From contig MWMI01000003.1 in the NCBI GenBank assembly GCA_003568775.1, positions 30,001 through 62,000 of the forward strand: 32,000 nucleotides of DNA, given 5' to 3'. Below, piece after piece: positions 8,531 to 16,315 of the stretch. How positions within the stretch are numbered: the first letter of the stretch is position 1; each line of letters starts with the position of its first letter. The translations under genes and the position numbers were made by a program. The DNA comes from Candidatus Nanoclepta minutus. Lineage in GTDB: Archaea; Nanobdellota; Nanobdellia; Nanobdellales; Nanobdellaceae. The notes under the pieces were generated by a model. It did not search any database. It saw nothing but the letters and a program-made list of their open reading frames with translations, and had not been told where the DNA came from.

Positions 8531-9766
8531 ATGGATAATGTTGATTTTACAAGTATAGCTGAGGAGTTATTAAATCTTGTAAAAAACCTTCAATCAAGGG
8601 TATCATTACTCGAAAAAAGATCCAGTAAATTAGTTGATAGTAAATCTTTTTACGAAACTATAGGAGATCTAAAGAAAAGATTAGATTACCTGGAAGAGAA
8701 AATTGAAAAATTAAATAATTTAATAGATAAAGATACGATAAATAGCATAAAGAATATAAATAGCCTTAAAACTAAGTTGGAGATATTAGAGAATGAATAT
8801 AAAAACTTAATTAAAGATTCAGATCTTTTAGAAGTAAAGACAGAGTTGGTTAAGATAGAAAAAAGATTGAGAAGTTTAGAAGAATATGAAAAATTCGATG
8901 AATTAGTTTCCGAGATAAATAACATAAAGAGCAGTATAAATGTTTTCTCTAATGAAATAGAAACTCTGAAGGTAAAGTCTATTGATAGAGAGAGTCTTAA
9001 GGAGTATGCGAGTAAGATAGAATATTTAGAAAATTCCCTTAAGGAAAGGGAGTCTAAGATAAAACAAATATTATCGGAAATTTTAAACATAAACGATAAG
9101 TTGGATAAAATAGAAACGGAACGTATAGCAGTTTTAGAAGAGTCTATAAATAAATCTATTTATGACTTAAAAACTGAAATTGAAAATATAAGAAAAAACA
9201 TTGGAAATATAGACCTTTTGAGGAATATAGATGAAGATGATATAAGAAGGATAAGGAATCTGAAGTCTTATGAGGATTTATATAGTAAAATTATAAATTT
9301 GGAGAATAGGTTGAATTCCGTTATAACCTCTTTATACTCCATTGAGGAGGAGATTAAAAACACTTTGAGTGAGGGGTATGGAAAATACTCTAATAGGATA
9401 AAAGCTTTAGAAGATAGGATATCTTCAATTGAAAAATTATTTAATACAATTAAATCGGCTGCTGATGATATTAGGAAGGAAATAGTTGATATTAGGGATA
9501 TAGTAGTATACTTAGGTAAAGAGAACGATAAATTGAATAATAAAATAAAAGAGATGGAGGGTAGGCTTAAGATAATAAACTTGGATGAGCTTTATGATAC
9601 CTTAGAGAGGATAAAGCTATTAGAAATGGATGTAGAGAATATAAAAAGAGAACTATCATCTAAGGCTGGAGATGAGAGGGAGAGGATTAGAAATATAGAA
9701 TATGCTATAAAGAAACTCTATGAAAGACAGAACGAAATATTGGAAAACATAAAAAGAAATCTATGA
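8531..9766 (+). CDS. Long coiled-coil protein, function unknown
   Basis: 411 aa that is almost entirely heptad-like (repeated LE/IE...KL...L patterns). No NTPase or other catalytic motif. The purine-rich sense strand produces the spurious antisense ORF 8686..9090. Confidence 0.55.
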   Translation: MDNVDFTSIAEELLNLVKNLQSRVSLLEKRSSKLVDSKSFYETIGDLKKRLDYLEEKIEKLNNLIDKDTINSIKNINSLKTKLEILENEYKNLIKDSDLLEVKTELVKIEKRLRSLEEYEKFDELVSEINNIKSSINVFSNEIETLKVKSIDRESLKEYASKIEYLENSLKERESKIKQILSEILNINDKLDKIETERIAVLEESINKSIYDLKTEIENIRKNIGNIDLLRNIDEDDIRRIRNLKSYEDLYSKIINLENRLNSVITSLYSIEEEIKNTLSEGYGKYSNRIKALEDRISSIEKLFNTIKSAADDIRKEIVDIRDIVVYLGKENDKLNNKIKEMEGRLKIINLDELYDTLERIKLLEMDVENIKRELSSKAGDERERIRNIEYAIKKLYERQNEILENIKRNL

Positions 9767-10126
9767 TTTTGTTTTTTTGAAGTATTCTATAAGGACTATC
9801 AATCTTTCTATTACTTTTGATAAACTCAAGATCTTATTCTTGAACTCTTCATCTTCTTTGGCCCTTATATTTCTATAAATATTCTTTATTTCGTTTTCGG
9901 TAAGTACTCTATCATCTTTTATAATGTATATTTCATCAAAGAGATTGTTAAGACTTAGAGTTTCTAGATCTTTGTAAATCTTTTTAAAATCACTTTTATC
10001 ATATATATCATAATCTTTTTTAAATATTAAAGTTATTTTCTTTGTTTTTTGTTTTCTCTTTCTGATTTCTTCTATCTTTTCTTTTCTTAACTTAATAAAA
10101 TCCTCCGAAAGAGAGAACATTGGCAT
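9761..10126 (-). CDS. Hypothetical protein
   Basis: 121 aa, lysine-rich, with no recognisable motif. It overlaps the convergent ORF 8531..9766 by 6 nt. Confidence 0.45.
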   Translation of the reverse strand: MPMFSLSEDFIKLRKEKIEEIRKRKQKTKKITLIFKKDYDIYDKSDFKKIYKDLETLSLNNLFDEIYIIKDDRVLTENEIKNIYRNIRAKEDEEFKNKILSLSKVIERLIVLIEYFKKTKS

Positions 10127-10157
10127 AATATTAATTACAGAACTTCGGATATTAAAT

Positions 10158-10217
10158 AACTTTCAGTAGCTACTCCTCTCATCATTCATCAGGGGGTGCT
10201 CACCAACATCACCAATT
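10158..10217 (-). ncRNA. C/D box sRNA candidate (2'-O-methylation guide RNA)
   Basis: The minus strand reads aattgGTGATGT-tggtgagcacccc-CTGA-tga-ATGATGA-gaggagtagcta-CTGA-aagtt. That gives a C box GUGAUGU (10212-10206), a 13-nt guide and D' CUGA (10192-10189). A 3-nt loop follows, then C' AUGAUGA (10185-10179), a 12-nt guide and D CUGA (10166-10163). The flanks AAUU/AGUU can pair. This is the canonical archaeal C-12-D'-loop-C'-12-D layout within about 60 nt. It is the only GC-enriched patch in this intergenic region. Confidence 0.6.
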
Positions 10218-10249
10218 TTTATTAATCTTCTCATAAAAATAAAAACTTT

Positions 10250-11230
10250 ATGGATATTTTGTCTTATGCGAACGTGATTTGTATAATCTTACTCTTCTTA
10301 GCATCCGTTCAGGACATATTAAAGAAAAGCGTTAGTGATGTTATACATTATTTATCGCTGATTTTTTCAATTTCTTTTATAATCCTTACAGTATTTTACG
10401 GTATTTTACCTAGAAACTTATTTTTTGGTTATTTAGTTTTATTAATGTTCTTAATACTGTATGTTCTTAGGCTAGTTGCTATCGGAGACCTATACGTAAT
10501 TTTCTTCTTATTCTATTTCATTTCTTTCTTAGATCTAATTGGTTTAGTTAAGTTTACGGTTGGTTTAGCTTTTTTTGGAAATATTATGCATTCTATTGAA
10601 GCTATTAAGATATATATTAAAAATAAAGATAATTTTAAGACAGTCCTATTTATAACGATCATTCCATTAATTATAATTTCTCTTTCTTTATTCTTTTACT
10701 CTTTAGAAAACCTATATAATAGGACAAACTTTTTATTAATTTCATCTATCTTACTTTTAATACCGGCAATAGTACTAAAGATTTATGAACCAGAAATAAA
10801 GAAAAATTTAACATTTAAAAGGAAGGTATCTGATCTTGTAGAGGGCGATTGGTTAGAAGGGGAAATAGAGGTTAAGAGAATGGAATTCCTCGATGAAATA
10901 ATGAAGAATTTTCATGTAATTAGAAAGGATAATAAATATATAATAAAGTTCAATGAATTCAATTGGAGAAGAAGGATTATTATAATGCTTACAGGATTTA
11001 TACCTTTTCTTTTTATTAATAATCAAATCTACTTTATAGTTTCAATATTATTGATAGTCCTTCTATTAACCGCTTTGCATAAGTATATATTCCGTGGAGA
11101 GCTTGGTTTATCAAAGGAGCAGATCGATCTATTGAAGAGAACATTTGATGATAGTATAACTTTTGAAGTAATTGAAGGGGCACCTTTCATACCAGCCATA
11201 TTCCTATCCTATATCTTTGCCTTGTTATGA
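10250..11230 (+). CDS. flaK: Preflagellin/prepilin peptidase, A24 family (FlaK/ArlK-like)
   Basis: 326 aa polytopic membrane protein. LASVQDILKKSVSD closely resembles the first catalytic-Asp motif of Methanococcus FlaK (ASVQDFRSREIED). A second Asp in VAIGDLYV sits about 58 residues later, where FlaK has GxGD. The C-terminal PFIPAIFLSYI resembles the FlaK C-terminus. Confidence 0.75.
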   Translation: MDILSYANVICIILLFLASVQDILKKSVSDVIHYLSLIFSISFIILTVFYGILPRNLFFGYLVLLMFLILYVLRLVAIGDLYVIFFLFYFISFLDLIGLVKFTVGLAFFGNIMHSIEAIKIYIKNKDNFKTVLFITIIPLIIISLSLFFYSLENLYNRTNFLLISSILLLIPAIVLKIYEPEIKKNLTFKRKVSDLVEGDWLEGEIEVKRMEFLDEIMKNFHVIRKDNKYIIKFNEFNWRRRIIIMLTGFIPFLFINNQIYFIVSILLIVLLLTALHKYIFRGELGLSKEQIDLLKRTFDDSITFEVIEGAPFIPAIFLSYIFALL

Positions 11231-12228
11231 AATTTGAGTTCTTAGACAAGAAGACGGTAGTTATAAGGGTAGAGTCTGAAGAGGATTTGATTACGTTATT
11301 TAAGGTTATAAATCCAGAGGATATAGTTTCAGGTTACGATTATAGAGTTATAAGTATAGGAGAGAGGAAAGAGAGGAAGAAAGTATGGATAAAGTTAAAG
11401 GTAGAAGACATTAATTTTTCCGAGTATTCAGATAGTTTGAGGATTTCAGGCAGAATAGTAGAATCTTCTGAGGAGGTTCAGGGGCATTTCCATACCTTTG
11501 ATGTGAGAGTTGGAAGTGAGATAACCCTTTTTAAGGAGAAAGGTTTTAAAAAATACGAAATAGAAGAGCTTAATAGGAAGAGATATAAAAGAGAGTTCTT
11601 TATAGTCTCTTTAGATAGCAACTCTATATCTGTTGCTAAATTGAATTATAAGTTAGAGATATTGTTAGATGAAGATATTAACGTTCCGAAAGATCATCCG
11701 GAGAGAGAAAGCATCATCGAGAGTTATTATAAGAAGGCCGTTGATCTATTAAAGGATGCAAAAGTAATTGTTGTGGTGGGACCTGTCTTTTATCCAGAGA
11801 AGTTTAGGGATTATTTATCTGAAAGATTTAGAGATAAAAATATACTAACTTTTAGGATATCTTTAGGTGGTATAAGTGGTATATACGAATTCATAAATAG
11901 AACAGAATATCTAAAAGTTTTGGGAGAGCTTGAAATTGCAGAAATAAATGAAAAAATAGAGGATTTTATAGTTTCTGTTACTAAAAATAAGGGATGTTTC
12001 GGAATAGATGATTTGCTGGAAAAAATAGATTATTGCAATTTGGAGTATGTTCTATTATCTTATGAATGGTTTAGGAGGATAAAATCAGATAGAAACTACC
12101 TGGATAAGATACTGAGAGTTTTAGAGAAGGCGGATGAATGTAATATAGAGGTATACTTTGTTAGAAGGGAAAATAAGAACTTTGAATTTATAGATAAGTT
12201 TGGGATTGTAGGTAAGGTTAGATATTAA
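11227..12228 (+). CDS. Pelota (aPelota, mRNA surveillance / ribosome rescue factor)
   Basis: 333 aa. The N-terminal domain pattern EDLITLFKVINPEDIVSG...LRISGRIVE...GHFHTF and the eRF1-like length and architecture fit Pelota. Its start overlaps the upstream stop (ATGA). Confidence 0.85.
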   Translation: MKFEFLDKKTVVIRVESEEDLITLFKVINPEDIVSGYDYRVISIGERKERKKVWIKLKVEDINFSEYSDSLRISGRIVESSEEVQGHFHTFDVRVGSEITLFKEKGFKKYEIEELNRKRYKREFFIVSLDSNSISVAKLNYKLEILLDEDINVPKDHPERESIIESYYKKAVDLLKDAKVIVVVGPVFYPEKFRDYLSERFRDKNILTFRISLGGISGIYEFINRTEYLKVLGELEIAEINEKIEDFIVSVTKNKGCFGIDDLLEKIDYCNLEYVLLSYEWFRRIKSDRNYLDKILRVLEKADECNIEVYFVRRENKNFEFIDKFGIVGKVRY

Positions 12229-12255
12229 AATACCTGAAAGACTAAATAAAGAGTT

Positions 12256-13308
12256 ATGAGGGGTCAAACTATGGTGGTCGGGTTATTCGTTATACTTATT
12301 GGTATTTTAATATTTGTGTATTGGATACTATTACCTGTTCCAGAAAAAGAAAAACTATTGGAGGAAATATATGGATATAGGAACGTTAGTAATCAATCCA
12401 CTACAAACCTTAGTTATGAAGCAAACGTAGTTTCTAAGCTAATTTTAAGGGATATATACCTATATTCTGATAAAAAGGAGATAAATGTGGCTAGGGACTA
12501 TTATTTAGGTACTTTAGTCCCTGTATCGGAAATAGGCTTTGGGGATGTATATGAAGAAACGACAATTTTTTTAGGAAAAAAATATAAGATAATAAGGTTT
12601 TTTTATTCAAATGAAGACGCAATAGCCTTATCTTTTATTTCTAAATGTACGGGCGGTTATTTTACTATAAGAGTAAATGATTTTGAAGTATATAGTGGAT
12701 GTCCAAGCGGTATACAAAAGGTTCTTATACAAAAAGACTATCTTAGAAGGGGAGATAATATCATAAGGATTGATTTTTATCCTACGTCTATCTTCTCTAA
12801 GGCAACATTTTCTCTAAACAATACAAAACTCATATATATGAATAGGAGTAAGATAGAATATAACTTTTATTATCAAGGAGAGAGGGTTTATATATCATAC
12901 AATTTCTGTCCAGCAGATTCAAATTCCATAAACTTCTATATAAATGATTATAAATTACCGATCTATTTATGTCAAAATGATTACCTTGAGATTACTAACT
13001 ATTTAAAGAGTGGTCTGAACTATATAAAGGTTACTTCAGAAATAGAAACTAAAGTAGATCTGAAGTTTATAACTTCTAACAGTATTTTTTATTATCCTTT
13101 TAATTTTACAATAAAGGATATAGCATTTTTATATGTCATTAAAGAACAGGGGGATGCAGATATTTATGTAAATGGATGCAAGTATAGCTTAAATACATAC
13201 CAAACATCTTTCATGTTCCCAGTAAATAAAAGCTGTCTAAGTTTAGAGAACGTTTTAGTGATAAAGCCAAAGGGTTTTGTTAGGATTAATATGCTATCTC
13301 TGATTTAA
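12256..13308 (+). CDS. Type IV pilin-like (class III signal peptide) extracellular protein, unknown family
   Basis: 350 aa. The N-terminus MRGQTMVVGLFVILIGILIFVYWILL has a short basic segment, G-Q and a hydrophobic helix, as in the archaellins of this window (MKGQTGIGTLIVFI, MRRGQVGVGELLIFL). The rest is rich in N-x-S/T sequons and has 6 Cys. Confidence 0.55.
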   Translation: MRGQTMVVGLFVILIGILIFVYWILLPVPEKEKLLEEIYGYRNVSNQSTTNLSYEANVVSKLILRDIYLYSDKKEINVARDYYLGTLVPVSEIGFGDVYEETTIFLGKKYKIIRFFYSNEDAIALSFISKCTGGYFTIRVNDFEVYSGCPSGIQKVLIQKDYLRRGDNIIRIDFYPTSIFSKATFSLNNTKLIYMNRSKIEYNFYYQGERVYISYNFCPADSNSINFYINDYKLPIYLCQNDYLEITNYLKSGLNYIKVTSEIETKVDLKFITSNSIFYYPFNFTIKDIAFLYVIKEQGDADIYVNGCKYSLNTYQTSFMFPVNKSCLSLENVLVIKPKGFVRINMLSLI

Positions 13309-13309
13309 G

Positions 13310-15298
13310 ATGCTGTTAGATGATATAGCAAGAATACGTGGAACTTGGACATATTTAAGGGAGAGTGTATCGAGATACTCTTCTCTCAGTCAGCAAGAGA
13401 GAGAGAATGTTAAAAGGAGATTATTGGAAATGAAAAAATACGTAGAGAGCCTTATATCTAATTATAAAGATGCTCTAGTAGCTGCTACTATTCTTGACGA
13501 AGCTCAAAGGCTTTTACAGAGTATTCATTCACTGATTTCTCTTTTAAGAGGAGGAGATTATTATGGATCGGTATCTCCGGAAGAACTAAAGTTACGTTTA
13601 TCGAGAGTAGACAATAGTTTAAATGAACTTTTCAGGCTCGTAATGGAAAGACGAACAGTATTAGAGAATGTGTCATATTCTAGATCTAAGAGAGAAGAAG
13701 TCAAAGCAACAACACCAAAAGTAGAAGTTAAAGAAGAAGTAACAAAAGAGGAACCGGAAATTAAAGCTAAAGAGTCAGAAAAACCTAAAGAAGAGAAAAA
13801 AGAAGAGAAAGAGTCTAAAGAGGAGGAGAAAAAAGAAAAGAAATCCAAAGAGAATAAGATTATAAGAAAGATATTTTTAGCTTTATCTTTTCCTTTTATA
13901 TTATTATCATTATATTATCTATTTATTTCAAATTCTATTTATTTTTTGATTTTTAGTTCAGTTGCAATAGTTTTTTATTTTCTTGGTAGTAGAAAGATAC
14001 CTTTTGGAGCTATAATAATGGTTGTTTTACTATTTATCATTATTCATACATTTACAGCAACTGCATTTTCGAGATATATATGTCTATCTACAGGCTATTG
14101 TCCGGGAGAGAGTAAAGAGGAGAATAATGAAAAATACCTTGCAGCCGTAAAAGAGAATATTTTGAAGGCATTCAGAGATATGCAAATGATAATGAGCAAT
14201 CCCGAGGCTTATTTCATTGAAAAGCAAGCTGAATCGGAAGCTTTAGATGAGTCATATAAATACCTTTTAGATATAAGCAGTCCATATTCAGTTTATCCTG
14301 TTTATTATATGGTTGGTAAGTCCGAAAAAGAAGTAGATATCTCTAAATCTCCTCCGTTACTTTATTCTGTAAGGAGCTCCTTACCGGAAAACGTTCAAGA
14401 AATAAGAGTAGATAGTTACTGTATGGTCTCTCCAGGAATAAGTCTAAGCTGTATAAAGAGTATTGATTATGAGTATAATTTTTCGTATAATGGAAAAGTT
14501 TATTATGTAATAAAACAGACTAATGAAAAATTACCAATATATGGAATATTGAACTATTTCTGCTATATACCATCTTTTACTATAAATTTAACATCTTGTG
14601 AAGACTTGAGATCTTCTAGGTTTTATATGAAAAATCTATTCATTTTAAGGTTAAATGGAGTAAAGACTACTACTTATTATAAGTTCCTAGTTGTGGATTC
14701 AAATCTAATAGCGCAGGCTATTAAGAACAATAAGGACATTTATGCTTATCTTAATATGAACGAGTACGAATACGATAGGGGATACTTTAAAGGTTTTATA
14801 GATTTTCCGAAGATAAACGTTCTAAGACTTGGAGTAATATCAAAATATCCCTTAATTATATTTGAAGAGAATAAAAATGCAGGAAGAATGGTAAATGATG
14901 TAATATATATCTCTCTGTCGAATATAGAAGAAATATATAATATATTAGGGATCCGTATAAGGATTACTTATAACCCAAATGAGACATCAATAAAGACAAA
15001 CCTTCCTAAAGAAACAAACAATTCTCTTTATTCTTTAAATTGCACAGATGGTAATGGAGAGATAACGTGTAATATATGGTTTAATTATGCAGATGACGGC
15101 TTCCTAGGAAGGAACTTATATCTTAATTTGTATAAAGAGAATTCAGAAAGTCTATTTTTCTTCATACCTATAGAAGTAGGTATAGGGAGAGCTTTTAGAG
15201 AGTATTCTGAAGTTTTAATTACAGCAGAGGCAGAATACGATATAGAAAAAATTATTAGTAATTCTATAGAATACGTTCCCCTAGCGATTCCAAGTTAA
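13310..15298 (+). CDS. Large membrane-spanning protein, unknown family
   Basis: 662 aa. It has a helical, probably cytoplasmic, N-domain (aa 1-125) and a K/E-rich low-complexity linker (aa about 126-183). About three hydrophobic helices follow (aa about 186-255), then an approximately 400-aa Cys-containing C-terminal domain with N-x-S/T sequons. Confidence 0.6.
   Translation: MLLDDIARIRGTWTYLRESVSRYSSLSQQERENVKRRLLEMKKYVESLISNYKDALVAATILDEAQRLLQSIHSLISLLRGGDYYGSVSPEELKLRLSRVDNSLNELFRLVMERRTVLENVSYSRSKREEVKATTPKVEVKEEVTKEEPEIKAKESEKPKEEKKEEKESKEEEKKEKKSKENKIIRKIFLALSFPFILLSLYYLFISNSIYFLIFSSVAIVFYFLGSRKIPFGAIIMVVLLFIIIHTFTATAFSRYICLSTGYCPGESKEENNEKYLAAVKENILKAFRDMQMIMSNPEAYFIEKQAESEALDESYKYLLDISSPYSVYPVYYMVGKSEKEVDISKSPPLLYSVRSSLPENVQEIRVDSYCMVSPGISLSCIKSIDYEYNFSYNGKVYYVIKQTNEKLPIYGILNYFCYIPSFTINLTSCEDLRSSRFYMKNLFILRLNGVKTTTYYKFLVVDSNLIAQAIKNNKDIYAYLNMNEYEYDRGYFKGFIDFPKINVLRLGVISKYPLIIFEENKNAGRMVNDVIYISLSNIEEIYNILGIRIRITYNPNETSIKTNLPKETNNSLYSLNCTDGNGEITCNIWFNYADDGFLGRNLYLNLYKENSESLFFFIPIEVGIGRAFREYSEVLITAEAEYDIEKIISNSIEYVPLAIPS
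13685..13858 (+). repeat. Polypurine low-complexity tract encoding a K/E-rich linker
   Basis: It encodes SKREEVKATTPKVEVKEEVTKEEPEIKAKESEKPKEEKKEEKESKEEEKKEKKSKENK within ORF 13310..15298. It produces the spurious antisense ORF 13561..13848. Confidence 0.7.
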
Positions 15299-15373
15299 TG
15301 AGTTTAATATATAAATGTATCTACAGCTACCCACAGGTAAAAAATATAAAATATAGTAAATGTATGATATTAT

Positions 15374-16315
15374 ATGAAGAAGAGTACAATTAACCTATTG
15401 TTAATTTTGCCTTTATTAGGAGCAGTAATGTTGTTTCACGCATGTCCAATAATTATAGGAAAGGCTGAAAGTCAGGAAGTTAAGCCTTATCAGAGACCAT
15501 CATGGGCAGTTAATAAACCCGGAAGTATAGATTTGCTTGTATCGGATGTAGATGCCATAATAGATTATACAGTATCTCAGGGATACGAGACGGAATATAC
15601 ATTGTCCTATTCTTCCTCAGTATATACGGGGGAGAAAGATAAGAAGTATAAGGTTGATTATATAATCGGCTCTTCAATATCTGGTATTATTGAACAAGGT
15701 TCTAATTCCACATCAGAGGCATATTATGAGAGTGTAAGCGGTAGTTTCTATCCTGATACCGCAGATATAAAGAAGTTTAAGTTTGTTATCCCTGCCAATT
15801 TAAGTGGAATAATGTATGTGAATTTATACCTGATATACAATGTATCCGATTTTAAAACAAAGATATTGATTCCCCTGGACGTTAAGAAACCGCCTTCAGG
15901 AACATCAGAAATCTCTAGCAATATACCGATCTTCTATTCGGCATCTCCATTAGTTCCTTCTAAGAATACAGCGTTTTTACAGGTAACTCCGCGTAGGATT
16001 ATTGTAAACTTTAACATTGTAGATGCTGTTGGATGTTTAGCTGGCTATACAAGGATACAGCCCATCCAATATACAGCTAAAGTAAAGTATGGAAGCTCTT
16101 ATGTTAATTCTGAAGGCTTTATTAATTGCAAACCCTCAGATATAAAGAGCATACCAGCCAATATAACATGTATAATAGAGATATACAAGGATAATAATAT
16201 TTATAAGGCCTTTTCATTAGGTGAAGTGCATTTAGATTTGGAATTTGAGATAGATAAATATAGCTGTAGCTTTACTAGAGAATACATAATAAACATTAGA
16301 AAATATGAAGAATAA
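15374..16315 (+). CDS. Secreted/anchored protein, unknown family; signal peptide ends in LFHAC
   Basis: 313 aa. N-terminus is MKKSTINLLLILPLLGAVMLFHAC, and the body is beta-rich with several Cys and sequons. Confidence 0.6.
   Translation: MKKSTINLLLILPLLGAVMLFHACPIIIGKAESQEVKPYQRPSWAVNKPGSIDLLVSDVDAIIDYTVSQGYETEYTLSYSSSVYTGEKDKKYKVDYIIGSSISGIIEQGSNSTSEAYYESVSGSFYPDTADIKKFKFVIPANLSGIMYVNLYLIYNVSDFKTKILIPLDVKKPPSGTSEISSNIPIFYSASPLVPSKNTAFLQVTPRRIIVNFNIVDAVGCLAGYTRIQPIQYTAKVKYGSSYVNSEGFINCKPSDIKSIPANITCIIEIYKDNNIYKAFSLGEVHLDLEFEIDKYSCSFTREYIINIRKYEE

Noticed and set aside
8686-9090. 134-aa minus-strand ORF
   Set aside because: It is antisense to the purine-rich coiled-coil gene. Its Ser/Phe/Leu-rich product is what reverse-complemented K/E codons are expected to give.
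13561-13848. 95-aa minus-strand ORF (SSS/FFS-rich)
   Set aside because: It is the antisense product of the polypurine K/E linker in ORF 13310..15298, so it is a composition artefact.
15312-15365. Direct 9-nt repeat TAAATGTAT (15312-15320 and 15357-15365) flanking a TATA-like box upstream of ORF 15374
   Set aside because: A 9-mer of almost pure A/T recurring once in a spacer this AT-rich is plausibly chance, and no further copies were noticed. Not strong enough to call an operator.
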